A stretch of 64,000 bases of DNA, taken from Camelus dromedarius. Its lineage: Eukaryota. The first letter of the stretch is position 1, and every line of letters starts with the position of its first letter. The stretch covers positions 58,964,001-59,028,000 of the forward strand of contig NC_087436.1 of NCBI RefSeq assembly GCF_036321535.1, read 5' to 3'. The notes under the pieces were generated by a model. That model saw only the letters and a program-made list of their open reading frames with translations. It searched no databases and was not told where the DNA came from. The translations under genes and the position numbers were made by a program. Shown piece after piece: positions 11,996 to 24,337 of this stretch.

Positions 11996-13868
11996 CACAG
12001 TTCACCTCAGAATCTATTAATAATTTATTTTCTTTTACTACAAAACAAAAGCTAAAACGTTTTGATGAAAGTAATATCTAGTTGTTGATCACGTTTTCTC
12101 AAAACACTGGTAAATTACACATAAGAATGCTATTAATTATAGTTTAAACCAATGGTTAAATAAATGACATTTAAATTAAGATCATTTGATTCTGTCATTC
12201 ACTTTGTGATTTTTAAATCTATATGTTTAGTATATTAAATATTTAATATTTCCAGAAACCTATGTATTTAGTACTTTACTAATTGAGATTATCTTATTGT
12301 TTACATTCAAATATATAGATTTATAAAAGATATATATATGCATCAGATTCATTTTTCTACGATTTAGAAAATGTTATTTCCATTAAAATAAATATCCCAA
12401 GAAAAAAATCAACATTTGTTTTCTTCTTTCAGTGCTCAGTTAATTAACACCATATCTAACTTAAGGAAAATATCACTTCCGTAATGAGAATTTAATTTAG
12501 GAAAAAATTCAGTTATAAATAAATTGTTAAGAATCATCTCATGGCCAAATGCTCTACCAAACACATAACAATGTTCAATTAATGTAATTATGTTTATGGT
12601 AGATTGACAAAAAGTCTTTGGAGATATCAATCCCTGGCCAATTACAATGAATACTTTCAATAATGCTTATCAGTAATAAAATAAAATTTTATACTTTTCC
12701 CACATAAGTATTTTTATAAAGATAAATTTTATCATATAAGGAGTATCACAATGAAATTAGAGTAAGTTGTTAAAATTCCAAGAGTCTCCCTAACAAGAAT
12801 TCAGGAACAATCTAGTATTAGATATCTGTTAATTCTCCTCTTTTGGAATTGCTTGTTGAATATTTATGTGCTTGATAATAAAAGATAAAGGCATTTGACT
12901 ACTTAAAAATTCTTAGAAACATTTCTAGATTTTTCCCTCTAATAAGTGCTATGGAGTTTAATGAAAGCTAGAAAGTGTTTTAATGAGTTGATCACAATGT
13001 GAAAATGGATGGCACCTGTTTCAAAAAGAAAACAATAGTTACTCAAACCAGGCAAAATATTTCACTTGGTGAAAAAGAAAATAGCACCAATTAATTTAGA
13101 TGGAGCCATTAAAATTATACTTTTATCCTTAAAAAAAGATTTTGGCATCAAAAGAAAAATGAGGTATTAGTAGACAACTACATTTGAAAATTAGGATGTT
13201 TAAGAATTTCCTTAGTAAGTGATGAATAAAATGCTAAATATTAGACTTAATCTCCATCAATTAAGGGCCTGTCTTACTAATATATTCATTCTTTATTATA
13301 ATATTTTCTGAGCTCTTTATGGGCTAGAGGTACTCTAAATACCAGGGATCCAGGAGTAAACAAGCCATTCCTGCTCTGTTTTATTAAATCCTGGAGCTCA
13401 GATTTTAGTAATAGATCCCATTCTCAATATCACTGAGGGTAAATTATTAACAACTAGATAGTGCTACTTGTTTATATGAGACTGTGAATGAGGTAGGAAT
13501 TTCTTCAATAATATACCAAGTATAAAAAGTTTTGTCACAATATATAATACACTATCTCTCAATGATTGCTGCAGGAAATGCCAAATTCTGGAAATTCATA
13601 TATATTTTTATACCCTAGAAATATAATAGAATTTTTAGAAAGACAGAGAATATACATATTTAGAATGTTATTTTCAAAACCTGTGAGCCTGTAAATCAGA
13701 GACTGTATCCCTCATCAGTGAAATGATGCAAATTGGCTTATAAATACATTTAATGTTTTCAGGAAGAAATGCTTTATTATTGCATTATATTATTGATGTC
13801 ATAGGAAACTAATTTTAAGACTCAACTCCTTCATACTTGATTCTTATAACTTCTTTTATATACCAACT

Positions 13869-14248
13869 GTGTACTGGGTTGAATAATGCACCCCCTCAAA
13901 AAAATTCATGTTTGTGGCAACTTCAGAATATGATCTTATTTGGAAATAGAGTTGGTGAAGATGTAATTAGTTAAGATGAGGTCACACTGCATCAGGGTGG
14001 GCCCTAAATCAATTGAATTTTAATGAGGACCAGTGTCCTTATTAAACAGACCATGTGAAGACACAGAACACACCCAGGGAGAACACTTGTGATGATGACG
14101 GTGTCCCAGAAACCTGCAGAAACTGGAAGACAGGTGTGGAAGAGATTCTCCCTCAGGACCTCCAGCAGGAAGCAGTCCTGCAACACTTTGATCTCACATG
14201 CCAGCCAGTTAGTGATTATTTGCTATGGCAGTCCTAGGAAACAAAAAT
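13869..14248 (+). mobile_element. MLT1C-like MaLR solo LTR
   Basis: GGGTTGAATAATGCACCCCC, TTATTTGGAAATAG, GTAATTAGTTAAGATGAGGTC, GGCAGTCCTAGGAAAC. Confidence 0.88.
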
Positions 14249-14538
14249 AAAGCTGATACTAAAACCCCAAACGTTTTTCTATTACTCTCACACTAGAAAA
14301 TATGTTAAAAAATTAAAACAAGAATAACAGTTACATATAAAAGTTTTATTTAAACAGCATAATATTAACAGCCTAATATTCTGATTATTCTAATTTCATT
14401 GCCATCATGAAATTATTCTTAATGCCATATACCTATTATCCTTTTCAGTGTACACTTTACTAGTATTAAACTTTTATTTAGAGTTATTTCCTTTAATTTT
14501 TGAAGAGACAAAACTTCTTCACTTAGTTATTTTACTAG

Positions 14539-14994
14539 AAGTAGTAAAGAAATTTTTCTATGCCAATCAGAGTATGAAAATCCAGGCAATTACCATGAAG
14601 ACATCAACTAAGAAAGATTGGCAAAAAGCGGACTTTGAGATTTAGAATCAATGCAAACAGCACAAACAGGAAATAATATAAACTTAAAAAGTAAAGCCTA
14701 TTTTTTTTAAAAAATCACAGCTTGAATTGAACGAGTGGAATGGCAAATTACAAGCAGAAGAATTGATTTGGAGCAAAGAAGTACAGTGTATCAACTGAGC
14801 TTGTTGAATGAATAGAGAAAATCAAGGGCTTCAAAATGAACATGATATTTCCAGATAATGAACTTGTTTTAAAGTGAAGAGAATGCTAATGAAGGAATTG
14901 CTTATACTATTTTTAAACTCTGATAGTGCCATAGCAGCACCAATTCTTCTAGTAAGGAAGCACCTTTAAATGGCAGAGAAGATCTGTAGAACAG
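14539..14994 (+). pseudogene. Candidate decayed large coding exon
   Basis: TTTTACTAG acceptor; SSKEIFLCQSEYENPGNYHEDIN*ERLAKSGL*DLESMQTAQ then LELNEWNGKLQAEELIWSKEVQCIN*; CAG|GTGAAA donor; no repeat motif recognised. Confidence 0.45.
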
Positions 14995-15549
14995 GTGAAA
15001 TGTTAAGAACAAATTAGTCATAGAGGTTTACTTTTTTGGTGAAGTTTGATAACAAGTTACTAATCTAACTTTGACATGACAAAATGGATATTAAGTGATA
15101 CAATAAAAATTTTCACATGGTTAATTTTGCTTTATTCCAAAATTTGAATTAAACTCTGAAATGCTTTGAATTCGTTAAATCTTACGAAGTCTTACCATGT
15201 TAGCTGAATTACTTACCTCAAAGCCTCTCATTTCACAAAGGAGGAAAAATCAGATTGTTCTAATGTCATCAGAGTAGGAGCTTATATTTAACATTCTACG
15301 TCACGTTGGTAAAGACTAACGTAAGAATTGTAAAGGCTATTTTCAACTACATATTCCCTTTATTCCAAATGTATGCGTTGATGTGATTTAATTCAATATG
15401 TGCAATACATAGAAATATTGATAGCATGAAGGAACTGGTAAAGCTTTCTGATTACAATGATTTGAATCATATTTTCTTATTTAGAATACTACCATTATCA
15501 TTGTGTGCCTTGTGTTACTTAACATTTTTAAATATGTGATGTTATGATC

Positions 15550-15690
15550 ACTATAACAATTCTAAATGAGACATTTTCATGTTACAAATAATGAAAATGA
15601 AGCTCAGATCATTTAATTTGCTCAAGATCTCCAAGCTAATAAATACTAGGTTTCCAACAAATCCTTGTACTAAAGCTCCACAATGCACCA
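15550..15690 (-). mobile_element. MIR fragment
   Basis: GAAAATGAAGCTCAGA...TTTGCTCAAGATCTCCAAGCTAATAAAT resembles MIR core. Confidence 0.6.
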
Positions 15691-16307
15691 CATTCTTTTG
15701 ACATTTATATTGATTTTCCTCCATGACTTATGCTATCAGTTGAAGAATATTTCCATATTAATATTTCCATTAGAGTTTGCTACACTTTGCTCTGATGCAT
15801 TAATCCTTCATGTTTTCTCTGCTTAGCTTTTTTTTTTTCCCAACCTGTCCTTTCTTTAAGGCTATTTTCTGGGCTTATTTACTTGAAGTATCCACCGTTC
15901 TCTCTGCAGAACGCAAATATCTCGAATAGGAGGAGGAGCATCTCTGCTGATCAAGTCAACAGTTTAACATTTCCAGCACCATCCTTAGCTCTGGCAATAA
16001 CATGAAGGCTAAAAAATTCTTTCCTTCTAAAAGCTCCCTCTGTTTATAATCCCAACTGTTTGTATATAATTTTTCATCAGAAAGATATCATTGTTTTTCC
16101 TCATGAAGTGATTCTCTATCCTTAGTCTTCCTTTCCTTCTATCCAGCTACAAGCAACCATGTAACAAAAATGGGCACACAGACTCCCAAACACAAATATA
16201 CACATACATACATACCTCTTTTGGAATTTAAGTTATGCCTTCTGTTAGTGGAGAATGCTAACAATTTGCAGATGCAGTGACTTAAAATTCAAATATATTT
16301 GGCATTG

Positions 16308-17390
16308 ATTTAGTCCCACCTGTCTATTTTTGCTTTTATAGCTTGTATTTTTGGTGTCATATCCAAAACATTCTTGCTTACATTGACTACATCAAACTAA
16401 AAAGCTTCTGCATAGCAACAAACAAACAAAACCCAATCAATAGAGTGAAAGGCAACCTACAGAATGAGAGAAAGTATTTGCAAGCCATACATTTAATAAG
16501 GGATTAATATCCAGTATATCCAAGAAATGTATACAACTCAATATAGAAAAACCTGATTAAAAATGGGCTAAGGAATTGAATAGGAATTTATCCAAAAAGA
16601 TATACAAGTGGCAGGTATATGAAAAGATGCTCAATGTCAGTAATCATCAAAGAAATGCAAATCAAAATCATGATGAGATACCACCTCCACACCTGTTAGC
16701 ATGGCCATTATCAAAGTTAAAAAACAAAACAAAAAAACTAAAACCAGGAAATAACAAGTGCTGGTGAGGATATGAAGAAACTGGAAACAGTGTACACCAT
16801 TGATGGAAATGTAAAAAGGTGCATTTACTGTGGAGAATACTATTGAGTTTATCAAAAAAATTAAAAGTAGAATTACCATATGACCTGCCAATACACTTCT
16901 GAATATTTATCCAAAAGAATTAAAATCAGGATATGGGAGAAATAGTTCCACTCTCCTGTTCACTGCAGCATTATTCAATAACTAAGGTAGAAACAACCTA
17001 AATATTTGTCGGTAGATGAATGGCTAAAGAAATTGTAGTATATACATACAATAGAATATTATTCAATCTGTATTAAAAAAATCCTGACATATTTGATAAC
17101 ATGGATGAGAACATTTTGTTAAGTGAAATAAGGCAGTCACTGAAAGACAAATACTGAACAATTCCACTCATATGAAGTATTTAAAGTAGTCTAATTCTTA
17201 GAAACAGAAAGTAGAAAGATGGTTTCCAGGATCTGGGGGAGAGGGAAATGAGGAGTTTTTCATTGAGCTTTAGTCATGCTAGATGGGAAGGTTCTACAGC
17301 AGTATGCATACCGTTAACAATACTGTACTATACACTTAAAAATCTAAGAGGTAGATTCCTCAATATATTTTTATTTACCACAATAAAAAA
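16308..17390 (+). mobile_element. 5'-inverted (twin-primed) L1, L1MA8/9-like
   Basis: 16308-16378 is minus-strand ORF2 sequence that lies just upstream, in L1 consensus order, of the plus-strand part starting GACTACATCAAACTAAAAAGCTTCTGC; ends CACAATAAAAAA. Confidence 0.85.
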
Positions 17391-17705
17391 GGAATCAGAC
17401 ACAATAATACATAACACACTGTACAAAATAAATCTGTCACAAAATAATACATAATTCATTTATTTGAAGTTAAAAATAGGGAAATCTAATCTATGGAAAT
17501 CAAAGTCAGAACAATGTGTATCTTTAAAAGGATGTGACTGGCAGAGAGAACAGTGGAAATTTCTGGAGTGTTCGTAATGGCCACTATATTGATCTAAATG
17601 GTAGTTAGATGGGTCTGTTCGCTTTATAAGCTGACTGAGCTGTGCACTCTGGTTTGTGGGCTTTTCTGTAGTGCCTTATACTTCCATTAAAAAAAAAAAA
17701 GAAAA
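17391..17705 (+). mobile_element. Ancient L1 3' end (L1ME-like)
   Basis: CTAATCTATGG...AAGTCAGAACA, TTCTGGAGTG, A-rich end. Confidence 0.65.
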
Positions 17706-17779
17706 AACATATGACTATGAAAGTTCAGAATATATTATTTTAAAAAACAGTTTTGTACTAAGCTACAAATAAAACAGAG

Positions 17780-18130
17780 TGCTATGTTTGGGAAGGTGGC
17801 AAAGCCCTAAGGTAGAGTTTTGGATGGATTACAATACCATCACTGAGGCTGGAATGTAATGAGGAGAGGAAGAATGTTCGGTTATGTAGAGCCAGGTAGA
17901 GGTATATAGGGCTCTGCATCTTTATGCTAAGCTTAATGGAAAACTGTTGAAGGTGTGCAAGCAGAGGAGTGAAAAGATGTGTTATTCTTTAAAAACTCTT
18001 CTGTACAAAAAATGAATATAAGCAGAGGAAGTGTAAAACTGGACTAAAGAGATCATTTAGGAGGCCTGGGCATAGTCTTGGAGAGAGATGATGGAGGCTT
18101 AGACTTCAGTTTAACCAGTACAGGTGGTGT
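17780..18130 (-). mobile_element. L2 fragment
   Basis: AAGCAGAGGAGTGA, GAGAGATGATGGAGGCTTAGAC. Confidence 0.65.
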
Positions 18131-18477
18131 TTAGATCAAGTCTATTTAATCACATAACAACTTCATAGATTGATTTTTTATGATATATTTAGTAAGAAAA
18201 ATGCACATATTTTAAATTATATATATACATACATATATACACACAAACATATATATATATAATAGGCATATTTGATAATAAATTAATAAACTTATTTCTA
18301 ATTATCTGGTCAAATAATTATTTGAAGAATTGGGAACATGGAAAATGAGTAAGATTTATTCATTTTGGAACATATAAAATGAATATATGCACTATGTATT
18401 CATCAAAATACAAATTTAAAGAAAAATAGAAACATTTATATCTTACACAATTATAAAACAAAATATTACTATCACAG

Positions 18478-18871
18478 AACATTAGTAGCAAAATTTTTGC
18501 TAACACTTGATACCTCTTGGGAGTCACACAGAATATCTGCATCTAAGTATTTCAAATTGTTCTTGGTTTGTTGAGCGTAACTTATTAAAACCCCATTCCT
18601 AGGAACAGGTGACACATACACTAACACAATCTTACTCGTCAAGCAGTGCATTCACCGTTAAACACGTTTATGAAGTGTCTAATGAGAAATAATTCCTGCC
18701 TGCTGCACATGAAAATAAAACGCCCCTTAAAGTGTTACTCTTGTCTTCTTTGGAATGGAGTGGGTGGAGCTGAAATCAGCTTGCAAGACCCTGAGAAATG
18801 AGTAGGCGGTTAAGACTGAAGGAAGTTAGTTTTGGCTCCTGTTTCAGGTTATTTGATGATCAAGAACATGA
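18478..18871 (+). pseudogene. Two candidate decayed exons (18478-18546, 18733-18871)
   Basis: CACAG|...TLVAKFLLTLDTSWESHRISAS...AA|GTATTT; AAG|T VTLVFFGMEWVELKSACKTLRNE* / RLKEVSFGSCFRLFDDQEH GA|GTAATC; phases compatible. Confidence 0.35.
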
Positions 18872-19009
18872 GTAATCTTCAAACTCCCTTAAATCAAAAG
18901 ATATTTTTAGAACATATGTAGCATTTTCAAAAGAAATACAGAATAAGATTTCCATTTCTTGCGATAACTGTATGGTGTATTTTATTTATCACCTACTTAG
19001 CAACAACAT

Positions 19010-19230
19010 ACAGTGTTCTTTGGAATATGATGGGTTTGATGTCAGACAATCTGGACTTGGAACAAGATTCAAGTCCTCTCTATAGCATCTGGCAAACTAA
19101 TTAACCTTATTAGAACACCTCAGCTTATTCATTTGTAATGTGGGGAATAATAACTAGTTGTCAGGATTTTAAAAATAATGAAGTTAATAATATATCTAAA
19201 AGGAATATCATACACTCTGGATACTTGCTG
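19010..19230 (+). mobile_element. MIR
   Basis: GTCAGACAATCTGG, CCTCAGCTTATTCATTTGTAATGTGGGAATAATAA. Confidence 0.75.
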
Positions 19231-20259
19231 CAGATATGTTGAGTTCAAACAATGCTGACAAAAATAACGCCATCATTAAAAATAGGAGGTCTAATGTAAA
19301 AATTCTGATGGCTGATCTATTTCTAAAAATCATGAAATCTGATAATACTGGCCTGCATTCCTGCATGAATCTAAAAAGTAGCTATCTATTAGAAGGTGAT
19401 TAACTTTCTAGTTTACCAGTCCACACCTGGATCACTATTTATTAATACTGTCTTTCACCCTTAAGAAAATATTAAGACTTGTAGACAACTAGGTAGCAGG
19501 AATTTTTAAGATGCTGGCCATAGCAAATGGGTTTATCTATTTTCTCCCTCCCAAAGTTCCATGTAAGTGATAGTAATTTTTTTTTAAACAAATTAACCCC
19601 TGCAGATACGAAGAGAATGAGAAGACTGAGTAAGGAGAACAAAAGGTATTTCAATAAATTTCTGAAAAACTGAAGTTGGTTTGGGAAATAGTAACTGGTA
19701 AAGAAAAGCAGAGGACAGGGAAGATAAATGTATACATGGAGGAGCTGCAGCCAGTGTGGACCCAGCATTCCTTGTAGAATCCCAGAGGCGTGGGTTTTTT
19801 AGACAGCTGGGACTTGTGGGTTTTTTAGACAGATAGCACATGTGGGATAAAATTAACATGGCATTATTTACAGATCTTTACTTGCAATTATAGATAATCT
19901 ACTCTCATAGCATGTACAGAACACCCAGAAGCCAGTTTTTTACATTCCAGTCAAAACCAGGGAGGTTTTTCTCAATGTTGACTAAATAAAATTTCTGCAA
20001 GACACCTAAGGTAGACACTGTGGGTGTTAAAGCCAGGGTAAAGACTTCTTCATTCTGGCGTTTCTGTAGGTGTTGTATGTCAGGCCCCACCCATGTAACC
20101 AGAGCTCCTAATTAGCTTTTTTTTTTTGCTTTTCTTCTCCTTCATTTCTTTTTCTTTTCCTTCCTTCCTTGCTTGCTCGCTTGCTTTCTCTCTCTCTCTT
20201 TCTTTTTTGTAAGAAGAGGTACTAGGGGAGTGTATTTATTTTTAAAAATTTCTTCTCTA

Positions 20260-20460
20260 TTTTTATTGAAATATAGTTGATATGTACTATTATGATACTT
20301 TCAGGTGTACTACATAATTATTTGACATTTACATACATTATAATGCATCACAGTAAGTCTAGTTAGTGACCATCTGACCCCATATGAAGTTATTGCAATG
20401 TTGTTGACCATATTTCATATGCTGTTTATTACATCCCTGTGACTTATTTATTATATAGCT
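20260..20460 (-). mobile_element. Short L1 3' end
   Basis: TTTTTATTGAAATATAGTTGAT...TTCAGGTGTAC...TTACATCCCTGTGACTTATTT. Confidence 0.8.
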
Positions 20461-20880
20461 ATTAACACAAAAATGGGTAACTAAGCAGTCATCTGTCTAA
20501 ACAAATTAGTGCCATTAGCAATGAATATGAATGAACAAGATTAAACTACATCCATATAAATGATACTTGAAATATAATATTGAGTGTTAAAAGCAAGAGA
20601 ATATAAATATATGATACCATTTACAAAAAGATATTAAACATATCCCAAAAGATTATTTTTATGATATATGAAAATGTAAGATAATAAGAAATATATGGGA
20701 ATATAAAAAACAAATTCAGAATATTTTTTACATTTGAAAATGAAGGATGGAGAGAAGAGTATATACTTGCATTGAAGATACTTTTTTCAATACAATTGAT
20801 ATTTTTTATTTGTTAAAGAGGATACGCTTGATGCTTATTATTTAGTCCTTTTGTATAATGTCAAAATATTTTACCACATA

Positions 20881-23177
20881 CAGGCATACTTTATTTTATT
20901 GTGTTTTATATAAATTGAAGGTTTGTGGCAACCCTGCATTGAACAAGTCTATTGGAGCTATTTTTCTAACATCATTTGTTCACTTTATGTCTCTGTGTCG
21001 CATTTTGGTAATTATTGTAGTATTAAAATTTTTTTCGTTAAGATTATATTTTTATAGTGCTCTGTGGTCAGTGATCTTTGATTTACCATTGTAATTGTTT
21101 TGAAGCATCACAAACTGTGCCCATATAGAATGATGAACTTCATCAGTAAATGTTGTATGTGTTCTAACCACTCCACCAATTGGCAGTTCCCCCATATCTC
21201 TCCCTTTTCTCAGGCCTCCCTATTGCCTATAACACAAAATTATTGAAATTAGGTCAATTACTAACCCTACAATAGTCTCTAAGTGTTCAAGTGAAAGGAA
21301 GAGTCACATGCCTCTCACTTTAAATCAAAAAGTAGAAAAGATTATTATACTTAGTGAGAAAGGCATATTGAAAGCTGAGACAGGTCAAAAGCTAGGCCTT
21401 TTACAACAGTAAGCCAAATGGAAAATGCAAAGGAAAAGTTCATAATGGAAATTAAAAGTGCTCTCCAGTGAACACATGAGTGGTAAGTAAGAGAAACAGC
21501 CTTATAGCTGATATGGAGAAAGTTTCAGTGATCTGGATAGATGACCAAATCAGCCACAGCATTTCTTTAAGCCAAAATTGTACCCATAGCAAGTCCCTAT
21601 ATCTCTTCAGTTCTATGAAGGCTGAGAGAAGTGAGGAAGCTGCAGAAGAAAAGTTTGAAGCTAGCAGAGGTTGGTTCATGAGGTAGAAAGAAAAAGCTGT
21701 TTTCATAACATAAAAGTGTAAGGTGAAGCAGCAAGTTATCCAGAAGATCTTGATAAGATAATTCATTAAGGTGGCTACACTAAACCACAGATATTCAATG
21801 TAGATGAAACAGCCTTTTATTGGAAGTAGATGGCATCTGAAATTTTGATAGCTAGAGAGGAGAAGTCAACACCTGGCTTCAAAGCTTCACGGGACAGGCT
21901 GACTCTGCTGGTAGGGGCTACTAATGCACCTGGTGACTAAGTTGAAGCCAGTGCTCATTTATCACTCCAAAAATCCTAAAACTCTTAAGAATTATGCTAA
22001 ATTGACTCTTCCTCCACTCTATACATGGAACAACAAAGCCTGAATGACAGTATATCTGTTGACAACATGGTTTACTGAACATTTTGAGCCCACTGTTGAG
22101 ACCAACTGCTCAGAAAAAAAGATTTCTTTCAAAACATTACTATTCATTGACAATGTACCTGGTCACCAGAGAGCATTGATGGAGATGTACATGAGATTGA
22201 TGTTGTTTTCATGCCATGTTCATCCTGTAGGACCAAAGAGTAATTTCAACTTTCAAATCTTATTATTATTTAAGAATTTCACAGGCTACAGCTGCCATGG
22301 ATGCTGACGCCTCTGATGGACCAGGGCAAAGTCATTTGAAAAACTTCTGGAAAGAATTCATCATTCTAGATGCCATGAAGAACATTCATGACTCATAGGA
22401 AGAAGTCACAATATCAACATTAACAAGCGTTTGGAAGAAGTTGCTTACAACCATCATGGATGACTTTGAGGGGTTCAAGACTTCGATGGAGGAAATAACT
22501 ATAGCTGTAGCAGAAATAATAAGAGAATTAGAATTAGAAGTAGAGCCTGAAGATGGGACAGAATTGCCATAATCTCATGGTAAAGTGCTGATGGATGAGA
22601 AATTGCTTCTTACAAATAAGCAAAGAAAAAACAGCTTCTTGAGACAAAATCTATTCCTAGTGAGGACTACTGGAATGACAACAAAGGATTTAGAATATAA
22701 ACTTAGTTGATAAAGAGATGGCAAGTTTTGAGAAGAGTTCTACTGTGGGTAAAATGCTATTAAACAGCATTGCATGCTACAGAGAAATTACTTATGAAAG
22801 AAAGAGTCAACCAATTCAGCAAACTTCACAGTCTTGTTTTAAGAAATTGCCACAGCCACCCCAAATCTCACTAACCACCACCCTGATTAGTCATCAGCTA
22901 TTAACATCAAGGCAAAGCCCTCCACCGGCAAAAAGATTATGACTTCTGAAAGCTCAGATGATGGTTAGCGCTTTTAGCAATAAAGTATTTTTAAATTAAG
23001 GTACATAGATTGTTTATTTAGAAACAACGTTGCACACTTAATAGACTACACTATAGTGTAAACATTACTTTTATATACACTAGGAAACCAAAAAATTCGT
23101 GGGACTCACTTTATTGTGATATTTGCTTTATTACAATGGTCTGGAAATGAACTCTGAATATCTCTGAGGTATGTCTC
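20881..23177 (+). mobile_element. Near full-length Tigger1 DNA transposon, degenerate transposase
   Basis: TA|CAGGCATACT ... GAGGTATGTCTC|TA termini; [12 protein letters not shown]...[22 protein letters not shown] (CENP-B-type HTH) and LLFIDNVPGH (DDE) fragments with stops/frameshifts. Confidence 0.96.
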
Positions 23178-23811
23178 TATGTCTTTAAGTAATAAAGTTT
23201 AAAAAAAGGGAAAAATGTGACCCTGTAGGAATCAGAAGTAATTCATGGGAAAAAGAAGAACTAGTTACAAACACATTTGCAATTAGATTTCTGTAAGAGT
23301 TTTCAAGAAACAATTATATATTAAATAAGAACAGGAAAAGAGTAATATAAAAAGAACCATTCAGTAATAAAAAAAAACTTTGCAAATTACAAGTAGAATT
23401 GCAGAAATTATTAGGTAAGCAATAAAAATATTAGAATATTAGCAATGACAAAGTAGAACAAAAACTCAAAAGGATAAAAAGTGACATAGATAAGTAAGAA
23501 TCATAAAGATCCTTTTCAGCAGTCTCACCATCCTCCTATTAGAATTCTAAAGAGAAGTAATAGAGAAAATAGGAAAAAGTAGTCAAATTAATACAAGGAA
23601 ATTTCTTAGAGCCACATGACTTGGGAATCCTACCAAGATGCCATAAACACAACACATTAATGTAAGATTTCAGAACAAGGAGGATAAAGAAATTGCCCTA
23701 CATGCTTGAAGAGAGTGGGTGGGGTGGGGGGAATAAGGTCACCCACAAAAGGACTGCAATTAGACCAGAAGGGTATTTCCTATTAGCAGTACAGGGTGTG
23801 GAAGACAATGG

Positions 23812-24337
23812 GGTATTACCCAGCCTTAAAAATAGAAGGAAATCCTGCCATATGTGACGTGAATGAACCTGGAGGGCATTATACTAAGTGAAATAAGCCA
23901 GATATAGAAAGACAAATACTAAAGTATTGTATTTTAGTTAAAAAAAATTGAACTCTTAGAAACAATGTAGACTGGTGGTTATAGTGACTGCCAGGGGCTG
24001 GGGCTTGTGGGGAAGGAGGGGGAAATGGAAAGATGTTGGTCAAAGATACAAACTTTCAGTTATAAGACAAAGAAGTTCTATGAATCTGATCTACAGCGTG
24101 GTGACTATAGATAATACTACACTGTTTTGTATCCTTGAAATTTGCTGAGAGTGTATCTTAAGTGTTTTTACTACACACACATACAAAAAAATAGCTGTGA
24201 GGTGATGGTAATGTTAATAAACTTCGTTGTGATAAAATTTCACAGTGTATATGTATACAAAATCATCATGTTATGCACTTTAAATGTATACAGTTTTGTC
24301 AATTATGCTTCAGTACAGCTGGATAAAAAAGAAGAAA
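23812..24337 (+). mobile_element. L1MA9-like 3' end with TSD
   Basis: CTAAGTGAAATAAGCCAG, AACTTTCAGTTATAAGA; flanked by AAGACAATGG (23802-23811) and AAGATAATGG (24338-24347). Confidence 0.88.

Noticed and set aside
14691..14720. Intron between GTAAAG and CACAG
   Set aside because: About 30 nt is too short for a mammalian intron; treated as part of one decayed exon.
20205..20245. Second SINE copy
   Set aside because: Only a short tail-like motif (GAGGTACTAGG...TATTTATTTTT) with no A/B boxes.
21480..22942. TIGD1 gene
   Set aside because: Multiple stops and frameshifts, with TIRs and TA TSD present: a decayed Tigger1 copy.
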